Assembly: GCA_964057225.1 (NCBI GenBank)
Contig: OZ059897.1
Span: 21,948,001-22,012,000 of the forward strand
Reading direction: 5' to 3'
Length of the DNA stretch: 64,000 bases
From: Auanema rhodensis
Lineage: Eukaryota; Animalia; Nematoda
Below, piece by piece: positions 15,001 through 26,719 of the stretch. Below the pieces are notes generated by a model. The model was not told where the DNA came from. It saw only the letters and a program-made list of their open reading frames with translations, and made no database searches. A program made the position numbers and the translations under genes. The stretch's first letter is position 1. Each line of letters opens with the position of its first letter.

Positions 15001-18000
15001 GCTAATTAAATGTACACGTGATGTGCACTTGGTATGTAACTCGCTTCACGTGAAAGATAAAGAGATGCGGTTTTCAAAATAAGATTCCCCATGTCCATAT
15101 TAGTCTAAAAACAAATTTTTATTGATATTGGTTCATGGTAACCATGACTTTGAAATTTACGTGAACTTTAATTTATGCTAATTAAATGTACACGTGATGT
15201 GCACTTGGTATGTAACTCGCTTCACGTGAAAGATAAAGAGATGCGGTTTTCAAAATTAGATTCCCCATGTCCATATTAGTCTAAAAACAAATTTTTATTG
15301 ATATTGGTTCATGGTAACCATGACTTTGAAATTTACGTGAACTTTAATTTATGCTAATTAAATGTACACGTGATGTGCACTTGGTATGTAACTCGCTTCA
15401 CGTGAAAGATAAAGAGATGCGGTTTTCAAAATTAGATTCCCCATGTCCATATTAGTCTAAAAACAAATTTTTATTGATATTGGTTCATGGTAACCATGAC
15501 TTTGAAATTTACGTGAACTTTAATTTATGCTAATTAAATTTACACGTGATGTGCACTTGGTATGTAACTCGCTTCACGTGAAAGATAAAGAGATGCGGTT
15601 TTCAAAATTAGATTCCCCATGTCCATATTAGTCTAAAAACAAATTTTTATTGATATTGGTTCATGGTAACCATGACTTTGAAATTTACGTGAACTTTAAT
15701 TTATGCTAATTAAATGTACACGTGATGTGCACTTGGTATGTAACTCGCTTCACGTGAAAGATAAAGAGATGCGGTTTTCAAAATTAGATTTCCCATGTCC
15801 ATATTAGTCTAAAAACAAATTTTTATTGATATTGGTTCATGGTAACCATGACTTTGAAATTTACGTGAACTTTAATTTATGCTAATTAATTGTACACGTG
15901 ATGTGCACTTGGTATGTAACTCGCTTCACGTGAAAGATAAAGAGATGCGGTTTTCAAAATTAGATTCCCCATGTCCATATTAGTCTAAAAACAAATTTTT
16001 ATTGATATTGGTTCATGGTAACCATGACTTTGAAATTTACGTGAACTTTAATTTATGCTAATTAAATGTACACGTGATGTGCACTTGGTATGTAACTCGC
16101 TTCACGTGAAAGATAAAGAGATGCGGTTTTCAAAATTTGATTCCCCATGTCCATATTAGTCTAAAAACAAACTTTTATTGATATTGGTTCATGGTAACCA
16201 TGACTTTGAAATTTACGTGAACTTTAATTTATGCTAATTAAATGTACACGTGATGTGCACTTGGTATGTAACTCGCTTCACGTGAAAGATAAAGAGATGC
16301 GGTTTTCAAAATTAGATTCCCCATGTCCATATTAGTCTAAAAACAAATTTTTATTGATATTGGTTCATGGTAACCATGACTTTGAAATTTACGTGAACTT
16401 TAATTTATGCTAATTAAATGTACACGTGATGTGCACTTGGTATGTAACTCGCTTCACGTGAAAGATAAAGAGATGCGGTTTTCAAAATTAGATTCCCCAT
16501 GTCCATATTAGTCTAAAAACAAATTTTTATTGATATTGGTTCATGGTAACCATGACTTTGAAATTTACGTGAACTTTAATTTATGCTAATTAAATTTACA
16601 CGTGATGTGCACTTGGTATGTAACTCGCTTCACGTGAAAGATAAAGAGATGCGGTTTTCAAAATTAGATTCCCCATGTCCATATTAGTCTAAAAACAAAT
16701 TTTTATTGATATTGGTTCATGGTAACCATGACTTTGAAATTTACGTGAACTTTAATTTATGCTAATTAAATGTACACGTGATGTGCACTTGGTATGTAAC
16801 TCGCTTCACGTGAAAGATAAAGAGATGCGGTTTTCAAAATTAGATTTCCCATGTCCATATTAGTCTAAAAACAAATTTTTATTGATATTGGTTCATGGTA
16901 ACCATGACTTTGAAATTTACGTGAACTTTAATTTATGCTAATTAATTGTACACGTGATGTGCACTTGGTATGTAACTCGCTTCACGTGAAAGATAAAGAG
17001 ATGCGGTTTTCAAAATTAGATTCCCCATGTCCATATTAGTCTAAAAACAAATTTTTATTGATATTGGTTCATGGTAACCATGACTTTGAAATTTACGTGA
17101 ACTTTAATTTATGCTAATTAAATGTACACGTGATGTGCACTTGGTATGTAACTCGCTTCACGTGAAAGATAAAGAGATGCGGTTTTCAAAATTTGATTCC
17201 CCATGTCCATATTAGTCTAAAAACAAACTTTTATTGATATTGGTTCATGGTAACCATGACTTTGAAATTTACGTGAACTTTAATTTATGCTAATTAAATG
17301 TACACGTGATGTGCACTTGGTATGTAACTCGCTTCACGTGAAAGATAAAGAGATGCGGTTTTCAAAATTAGATTCCCCATGTCCATATTAGTCTAAAAAC
17401 AAATTTTTATTGATATTGGTTCATGGTAACCATGACTTTGAAATTTACGTGAACTTTAATTTATGCTAATTAATTGTACACGTGATGTGCACTTGGTATG
17501 TACCTCGCTTCACGTGAAAGATAAAGAGATGCGGTTTTCAAAATTAGATTCCCCATGTCCATATTAGTCTAAAAACAAATTTTTATTGATATTGGTTCAT
17601 GGTAACCATGACTTTGAAATTTACGTGAACTTTAATTTATGCTAATTAAATGTACACGTGATGTGCACTTGGTATGTAACTCGCTTCACGTGAAAGATAA
17701 AGAGATGCGGTTTTCAAAATAAGATTCCCCATGTCCATATTAGTCTAAAAACAAATTTTTATTGATATTGGTTAATGGTAACCATGACTTTGAAATTTAC
17801 GTGAACTTTAATTTATGCTAATTAAATGTACACGTGATGTGCACTTGGTATGTAACTCGCTTCACGTGAAAGATAAAGAGATGCGGTTTTCAAAATAAGA
17901 TTCCCCATGTCCATATTAGTCTAAAAACAAATTTTTATTGATATTGGTTCATGGTAACCATGACTTTGAAATTTACGTGAACTTTAATTTATGCTAATTA

Positions 18001-21000
18001 AATGTACACGTGATGTGCACTTGGTATGTAACTCGCTTCACGTGAAAGATAAAGAGATGCGGTTTTCAAAATAAGATTCCCCATGTCCATATTAGTCTAA
18101 AAACAAATTTTTATTGATATTGGTTCATGGTAACCATGACTTTGAAATTTACGTGAACTTTAATTTATGCTAATTAAATGTACACGTGATGTGCACTTGG
18201 TATGTAACTCGCTTCACATGAAAGATAAAGAGATGCGGTTTTCAAAATTAGATTCCCCATGTCCATATTAGTCTAAAAACAAATTTTTATTGATATTGGT
18301 TCATGGTAACCATGACTTTGAAATTTACGTGAACTTTAATTTATGCTAATTAAATGTACACGTGATGTGCACTTGGTATGTAACTCGCTTCACGTGAAAG
18401 ATAAAGAGATGCGGTTTTCAAAATTAGATTCCCCATGTCCATATTAGTCTAAAAACAAATTTTTATTGATATTGGTGCATGGTAACCATGACTTTGAAAT
18501 TTACGTGAACTTTAATTTATGCTAATTAAATGTACACGTGATGTGCACTTGGTATGTAACTCGCTTCACATGAAAGATAAAGAGATGCGGTTTTCAAAAT
18601 TAGATTCCCCATGTCCATATTAGTCTAAAAACAAATTTTTATTGATATTGGTTCATGGTAACCATGACTTTGAAATTTACGTGAACTTTAATTTATGCTA
18701 ATTAAATGTACACGTGATGTGCACTTGGTATGTAACTCGCTTCACGTGAAAGATAAAGAGATGCGGTTTTCAAAATTAGATTCCCCATGTCCATATTAGT
18801 CTAAAAACAACTTTTTATTGATATTGGTGCATGGTAACCATGACTTTGAAATTTACGTGAACTTTAATTTATGCTAATTAAATGTACACGTGATGTGCAC
18901 TTGGTATGTAACTCGCTTCACGTGAAAGATAAAGAGATGCGGTTTTCAAAATAAGATTCCCCATGTCCATATTAGTCTAAAAACAAATTTTTATTGATAT
19001 TGGTTAATGGTAACCATGACTTTGAAATTTACGTGAACTTTAATTTATGCTAATTAAATGTACACGTGATGTGCACTTGGTATGTAACTCGCTTCACGTG
19101 AAAGATAAAGAGATGCGGTTTTCAAAATAAGATTCCCCATGTCCATATTAGTCTAAAAACAAATTTTTATTGATATTGGTTCATGGTAACCATGACTTTG
19201 AAATTTACGTGAACTTTAATTTATGCTAATTAAATGTACACGTGATGTGCACTTGGTATGTAACTCGCTTCACGTGAAAGATAAAGAGATGCGGTTTTCA
19301 AAATAAGATTCCCCATGTCCATATTAGTCTAAAAACAAATTTTTATTGATATTGGTTCATGGTAACCATGACTTTGAAATTTACGTGAACTTTAATTTAT
19401 GCTAATTAAATGTACACGTGATGTGCACTTGGTATGTAACTCGCTTCACGTGAAAGATAAAGAGATGCGGTTTTCAAAATTAGATTCCCCATGTCCATAT
19501 TAGTCTAAAAACAAATTTTTATTGATATTGGTTCATGGTAACCATGACTTTGAAATTTACGTGAACTTTAATTTATGCTAATTAAATGTACACGTGATGT
19601 GCACTTGGTATGTAACTCGCTTCACGTGAAAGATAAAGAGATGCGGTTTTCAAAATTAGATTCCCCATGTCCATATTAGTCTAAAAACAAATTTTTATTG
19701 ATATTGGTTCATGGTAACCATGACTTTGAAATTTACGTGAACTTTAATTTATGCTAATTAAATTTACACGTGATGTGCACTTGGTATGTAACTCGCTTCA
19801 CGTGAAAGATAAAGAGATGCGGTTTTCAAAATTAGATTCCCCATGTCCATATTAGTCTAAAAACAAATTTTTATTGATATTGGTTCATGGTAACCATGAC
19901 TTTGAAATTTACGTGAACTTTAATTTATGCTAATTAAATGTACACGTGATGTGCACTTGGTATGTAACTCGCTTCACGTGAAAGATAAAGAGATGCGGTT
20001 TTCAAAATTAGATTTCCCATGTCCATATTAGTCTAAAAACAAATTTTTATTGATATTGGTTCATGGTAACCATGACTTTGAAATTTACGTGAACTTTAAT
20101 TTATGCTAATTAATTGTACACGTGATGTGCACTTGGTATGTAACTCGCTTCACGTGAAAGATAAAGAGATGCGGTTTTCAAAATTAGATTCCCCATGTCC
20201 ATATTAGTCTAAAAACAAATTTTTATTGATATTGGTTCATGGTAACCATGACTTTGAAATTTACGTGAACTTTAATTTATGCTAATTAAATGTACACGTG
20301 ATGTGCACTTGGTATGTAACTCGCTTCACGTCAAAAGATAAAGAGATGCGGTTTTCAAAATTTGATTCCCCATGTCCATATTAGTCTAAAAACAAACTTT
20401 TATTGATATTGGTTCATGGTAACCATGACTTTGAAATTTACGTGAACTTTAATTTATGCTAATTAAATGTACACGTGATGTGCACTTGGTATGTAACTCG
20501 CTTCACGTGAAAGATAAAGAGATGCGGTTTTCAAAATTAGATTCCCCATGTCCATATTAGTCTAAAAACAAATTTTTATTGATATTGGTTCATGGTAACC
20601 ATGACTTTGAAATTTACGTGAACTTTAATTTATGCTAATTAATTGTACACGTGATGTGCACTTGGTATGTACCTCGCTTCACGTGAAAGATAAAGAGATG
20701 CGGTTTTCAAAATTAGATTCCCCATGTCCATATTAGTCTAAAAACAAATTTTTATTGATATTGGTTCATGGTAACCATGACTTTGAAATTTACGTGAACT
20801 TTAATTTATGCTAATTAAATGTACACGTGATGTGCACTTGGTATGTAACTCGCTTCACGTGAAAGATAAAGAGATGCGGTTTTCAAAATTAGATTCCCCA
20901 TGTCCATATTAGTCTAAAAACAAATTTTTATTGATATTGGTTCATGGTAACCATGACTTTGAAATTTACGTGAACTTTAATTTATGCTAATTAAATGTAC

Positions 21001-24000
21001 ACGTGATGTGCACTTGGTATGTAACTCGCTTCACGTGAAAGATAAAGAGATGCGATTTTCAAAATTAGTTTCCCCATGTCCATATTAGTCTAAAAACAAA
21101 TTTTTATTGATATTGGTTCATGGTAACCATGACTTTGAAATTTACGTGAACTTTAATTTATGCTAATTAATTGTACACGTGATGTGCACTTGGTATGTAA
21201 CTCGCTTCACGTGAAAGATAAAGAGATGCGGTTTTCAAAATTAGATTCCCCATGTCCATATTAGTCTAAAAACATATTTTTATTGATATTGGTTCATGGT
21301 AACCATGACTTTGAAATTTACGTGAACTTTAATTTATGTTAATTAAATGTACACGTGATGTGCACTTGGTATGTAACTCGCTTCACGTGAAAGATAAAGA
21401 GATGCGGTTTTCAAAATTTGATTCCCCATGTCCATATTAGTCTAAAAACAAACTTTTATTGATATTGGTGCATGGTAACCATGACTTTGAAATTTACGTG
21501 AACTTTAATTCATGCTAATTAAATGTACACGTGATGTGCACTTGGTATGTAACTCGCTTCACGTGAAAGATAAAGAGATGCGGTTTTCAAAATAAGATTC
21601 CCCAAGTCCATATTAGTCTAAAAACAAATTTTTATTGATATTGGTGCATGGTAACCATGACTTTGAAATTTACGTGAACTTTAATTTATGCTAATTAAAT
21701 GTACACGTGATGTGCACTTGGTTTGTAACTTGCTTCACGTGAAAGATAAAGAGATGCGGTTTTCAAAATTAGATTCCCCATGTCCATATTAGTCTAAAAA
21801 CAAATTTTCATTGATATTGGTTCATGGTAACCATGACTTTGAAATTTACGTGAACTTTAATTTATGCTAATTAATTGTACACGTGATGTGCACTTGGTAT
21901 GTAACTCGCTTCACGTGAAAGATAAAGAGATGCGGTTTTCAAAATAAGATTCCCCATGTCCATATTAGTCTAAAAACAAATTTTTATTGATATTGGTGCA
22001 TGGTAACCATGACTTTGAAATTTACGTGAACTTTAATTTATGCTAATTAAATGTACACGTGATGTGCACTTGGTATGTAACTTGCTTCACGTGAAAGATA
22101 AAGAGATGCGGTTTTCAAAATTAGATTCCCCATGTCCATGTTAGTCTAAAAACAATTTTTTATTGATATTGGTGCATGGTAACCATGACTTTGAAATTTA
22201 CGTGAACTTTAATTCATGCTAATTAAATGTACACGTGATGTGCACTTGGTATGTAACTCGCTTCACGTGAAAGATAAAGAGATGCGGTTTTCAAAATTAG
22301 ATTCCCCATGTCCATATTAGTCTAAAAACAAATTTTTATTGATATTGGTGCATGGTAACCATGACTTTGAAATTTACGTGAACTTTAATTTATGCTAATT
22401 AAATGTACACGTGATGTGCACTTGGTATGTAACTCGCTTCACGTGGAAGATAAAGAGATGCGGTTTTCAAAATTAGATTCCCCATGTCCATATTAGTCTA
22501 AAAACAAATTTTTATTGATATTGGTTCATGGTAACCATGACTTTGAAATTTACGTGAACTTTAATTTATGCTAATTAAATGTACACGTGATGTGCACTTG
22601 GTATGTAACTCGCTTCACGTGAAAGATGAAGAGATGCGGTTTTCAAAATTAGATTCCCCATGTCCATATTAGTCTAAAAACAAATTTTTATTGATATTGG
22701 TGCATGGTAACCATGACTTTGAAATTTACGTGAACTTTAATTTATGCTAATTAAATGTACACGTGATGTGCACTTGGTATGTAACTCGCTTCACGTGAAA
22801 AATAAAGAGATGCGGTTTTCAAAATTAGATTCCTCATGTCCATATTAGTCTAAAAACAAATTTTTATTGATATTGGTGCATGGTAACCATGACTTTGAAA
22901 TTTACGTGAACTTCAATTTATGCTAATTAAATGTACACGTGATGTGCACTTGGTATGTAACTCGCTTCACGTGAAAGATAAAGAGATGCGGTTTTCAAAA
23001 TTAGATTCCCCATGTCCATATTAGTCTAAAAACAAATTTTTATTGATATTGGTTCATGGTAACCATGACTTTGAAATTTACGTGAACTTTAATTTATGCT
23101 AATTAAATGTACACGTGATGTGCACTTGGTATGTAACTCGCTTCACGTGAAAGATGAAGAGATGCGGTTTTCAAAATTAGATTCCCCATGTCCATATTAG
23201 TCTAAAAACAAATTTTTATTGATATTGGTTCATGGTAACCATGACTTTGAAATTTACGTGAACTTTAATTTATGCTAATTAAATGTACACGTGATGTGCA
23301 CTTGGTATGTAACTCGCTTCACGTGAAAGATAAAGAGATGCGGTTTTCAAAATAAGATTCCCCAAGTCCATATTAGTCTAAAAACAAATTTTTATTGATA
23401 TTGGTGCATGGTAACCATGACTTTGAAATTTACGTGAACTTTAATTTATGCTAATTAAATGTACACGTGATGTGCACTTGGTATGTAACTTGCTTCACGT
23501 GAAAGATAAAGAGATGCGGTTTTCAAAATTAGATTCCCCATGTCCATGTTAGTCTAAAAACAATTTTTTATTGATATTGGTGCATGGTAACCATGACTTT
23601 GAAATTTACGTGAACTTTAATTCATGCTAATTAAATGTACACGTGATGTGCACTTGGTATGTAACTCGCTTCACGTGAAAGATAAAGAGATGCGGTTTTC
23701 AAAATTAGATTCCCCATGTCCATATTAGTCTAAAAACAAATTTTTATTGATATTGGTTCATGGTAACCATGACTTTGAAATTTACGTGAACTTTAATTTA
23801 TGCTAATTAAATGTACACGTGATGTGCACTTGGTATGTAACTCGCTTCACGTGAAAGATAAAGAGATGCGGTTTTCAAAATTAGATTCCCCATGTCCATA
23901 TTAGTCTAAAAACAAATTTTTATTGATATTGGTGCATGGTAACCATGACTTTGAAATTTACGTGAACTTTAATTTATGCTAATTAAATGTACACGTGATG

Positions 24001-25427
24001 TGCACTTGGTATGTAACTCGCTTCACGTGGAAGATAAAGAGATGCGGTTTTCAAAATTAGATTCCCCATGTCCATATTAGTCTAAAAACAAATTTTTATT
24101 GATATTGGTTCATGGTAACCATGACTTTGAAATTTACGTGAACTTTAATTTATGCTAATTAAATGTACACGTGATGTGCACTTGGTATGTAACTCGCTTC
24201 ACGTGAAAGATAAAGAGATGCGGTTTTCAAAATTAGATTCCCCATGTCCATATTAGTCTAAAAACAAATTTTTATTGATATTGGTGCATGGTAACCATGA
24301 CTTTGAAATTTACGTGAACTTTAATTTATGCTAATTAAATGTACACGTGATGTGCACTTGGTATGTAACTCGCTTCACGTGAAAGATAAAGAGATGCGGT
24401 TTTCAAAATTAGATTCCTCATGTCCATATTAGTCTAAAAACAAATTTTTATTGATATTGGTGCATGGTAACCATGACTTTGAAATTTACGTGAACTTCAA
24501 TTTATGCTAATTAAATGTACACGTGATGTGCACTTGGTATGTAACTCGCTTCACGTGAAAGATAAAGAGATGCGGTTTTCAAAATCAGATTCCCCATGTC
24601 CATATTAGTCTAAAAACAAATTTTTATTGATATTGGTTCATGGTAACCATGACTTTGAAATTTACGTGAACTTTAATTTATGCTAATTAAATGTACACGT
24701 GATGTGCACTTGGTATGTAACTCGCTTCACGTGAAAGATGAAGAGATGCGGTTTTCAAAATTAGATTCCCCATGTCCATATTAGTCTAAAAACAAATTTT
24801 TATTGATATTGGTTCATGGTAACCATGACTTTGAAATTTACGTGAACTTCAATTTATGCTAATTAAATGTACACGTGATGTGCACTTGGTATGTAACTCG
24901 CTTCACGTGAAAGATAAAGAGATGCGGTTTTCAAAATTAGATTCCCCATGTCAATATTAGTCTAAAAACAAATTTTTATAATTAGATTCCTCATGTCCAT
25001 ATTAGTCTAAAAACAAATTTTTATTGATATTGGTGCATGGTAACCATGACTTTGAAATTTACGTGAACTTTAATTTATGCTAATTAAATGTACACGTGAT
25101 GTGCACTTGGTATGTAACTCGCTTCACGTGAAAGATAAAGAGATGCGGTTTTCAAAATTAGATTGCCCATGTCTATATTAGTCTAAAAACAAATTTTTAT
25201 TGATATTGGTTCATGGTAACCATGACTTTGAAATTTACGTGAACTTTAATTTATGCTAATTAAATGTACACGTGATGTGCACTTGGTATGTAACTCGCTT
25301 CACGTGAAAGATAAAGAGATGCGGTTTTCAACATTAGATTCCCCATGTCCATATTAGTCTAAAAACAAATTTTTATTGATATTGGTTCATGGTAACCATG
25401 ACTTTGAAATTTACGTGAACTTTAATT
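1..25427 (+). repeat. 176-bp tandem satellite array, left arm (~144 monomers)
   Basis: GGTAACCATG recurs at 1, 177, ... 2641 (15x176), 5281, 7921. Consensus: ggtaaccatgactttgaaatttacgtgaactttaatttatgctaattaaatgtacacgtgatgtgcacttggtatgtaactcgcttcacgtgaaagataaagagatgcggttttcaaaattagattccccatgtccatattagtctaaaaacaaatttttattgatattggttcat (56/176 GC). The register shifts only at ~20332 (+1 bp) and 24980 (+45 bp). Confidence 0.99.
25423..25427 (+). repeat. Left target-site duplication TAATT (monomer positions 33-37)
   Basis: The left flank ends gaactt-TAATT|cgacc and the right flank starts cttgac|TAATT-tatgct, so monomer positions 33-37 occur on both sides. It could be the 4-bp AATT if the T at 30090 belongs to the element. 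Confidence 0.8.
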
Positions 25428-25654
25428 CGACCTCCCACTCGTCAGTTGACTTCCGCTGTTTGGATCCGGATCCGTTTCTGTCAAGGAAATTTTCGTCGGA
25501 CTGGCTTTGTCAAGGTGCGCTCTCTTTCGTATCGCATTTTAGTTTTATTTTTTTTTATTTCCTTTCTCTCGTATTTGTTTCTTTTTTATTTTCCACTTCA
25601 GTGTTTATTCTTATTCTTTCTTACTTCCCTTCTTTTACTCCCTCGTTTTTCAAT
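25428..25654 (+). promoter_or_regulatory. LINE 5' UTR, presumed internal Pol II promoter
   Basis: About 110 bp of relatively GC/CpG-rich sequence containing an initiator-like TCAGTT (25442-25447) and the palindrome GGATCCGGATCC (25462-25473), followed by a ~115-nt pyrimidine tract up to the ORF1 ATG. Promoter function is inferred from known LINE biology. Confidence 0.55.
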
Positions 25655-26715
25655 ATGTCTTTCGTGACTAATGATTTTCTTACAAATGCTCTTCAAAATT
25701 TCTCAAAGTCTCTCGAGAACTCTTTTTCAAAATTGTCAAATGATATAAAAAATGAGCTTAACTGTATGAAAATTAGTGTCACGTCGCATGAGGCTCGCTT
25801 AAAAACTATCGAAACGGATTTCAAATCCCGCTTAGATAAGTTGAGCAAACTTTTAACTCATTTCAAACCACTAGCAACCTTAACTCTACCTGTGTTCCAA
25901 TTTTTTCCCCACTCAATGTAGCATGTCATTTTCAAAAATTACGATCAGAGGAGACAAAGTACCTCTACCGTGCCAAAAGAGCCCTTTGGTTTCGAGTGCC
26001 ATTAAAGTCAACAGAATTTCCAACTGAACCTCTGTTGTTACTGAAACTTATTATCGAGAAATCTCAGGACACCACTTTGTCTTCTTTGATCGATAGCAAT
26101 CAAATTACTATTGCACGTTCAACTCTCAAATCTAATTCCCCTGGCCCTCTCATAATTACGTGTCCATCGGTAGATTTACGTGACAAGATTATCCAAGTTA
26201 TCAAATTCAATAAATCAAAATGCTTCGATTTCCTCTCAAAAACGTTTTTGCGACGAGATTATCTCCCCTTCGAAATTGAACTGGAGAAAAACTTGCGAAA
26301 AGAAGCAAAAATCAAGAATGAAAATAACACTGAAAAGACTTTTCTTGTACGGGATCTCAAAATTATTGAAGTCCCCCGTAAATCTACCAATGTTACTTCG
26401 CATGCCATCAACACTCTCTCTCTCACTGTGGACACTCAACCAGCTGAAACCCCTTCAGTAGTTGATGCCGTTTGCAGTTCAATCTTAAAACCAATTTCTT
26501 CTCTCATCTCCAGCCCCCCTCGTAAATCTGGTAGACCCAGTCGGTCTAACAATAGGCAGGTGTCTGTACCAACAGATAAAAATCATTCAATAAGCCCAAG
26601 AAGGAGAAAAAATCCGCCTCGGGTAGTTAAACCAACTGGACCTAATACCAGATCTATGAGTAGTCCTTCTGCATCATCTTCTGTTGTTTTGTCCAATAAC
26701 GGGTCCTTTCGTTGA
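25655..26715 (+). pseudogene. LINE ORF1 (coiled coil + RRM/CTD-like domain + basic tail), interrupted by one frameshift, ~353 aa when repaired
   Basis: ATG 25655 gives the heptad-like MSFVTNDFLTNALQNFSKSLENSFSKLSNDIKNEL...HEARLKTIETDFKSRLDK and stops at 25921. The -1 frame is open from 25840 to TGA 26713-26715: VEQTFNS...RAKRALWFRVP...GPLIITCPSVDLRDKII...FLRRDYLPFEIELEKNLRKEAKIKN...FLVRDLKII, which resembles CR1/L2-type ORF1. Adding one base near 25837-25840 joins the two frames. Confidence 0.8.
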
Positions 26716-26719
26716 TCCA

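Noticed and set aside
20331-20336. Isolated cacgtcaaaag variant (+1 bp) and the 2-bp deletion at ~38050
   Set aside because: These are singletons and may be consensus errors or private mutations. They are useful only as register markers.
1-25427. CRISPR array, or tandem tRNA/5S/snRNA genes
   Set aside because: There are no unique spacers because whole 176-bp units repeat. No cas genes, cloverleaf or recognisable structural-RNA sequence were seen.
25428-25510. HDV-like ribozyme at the 5' end (GAC-ctcccactc-GTC resembles P3/L3)
   Set aside because: I could not build P1, P1.1, P2 or the catalytic J4/2 strand. It would need an RNArobo or Infernal search.
25376-25654. Hydrophobic N-terminal extension of the 181-aa ORF, and the 73-aa ORF at 25446-25667
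   Set aside because: These translate satellite sequence plus the T-rich 5' UTR from non-ATG starts. The plausible ORF1 start is ATG 25655.
25898-25910. Programmed -1 frameshift at caa-ttt-ttt-ccc
   Set aside because: The T-run is not phased as X XXY YYZ in the upstream frame. A 1-bp deletion near 25838 explains the data more simply.
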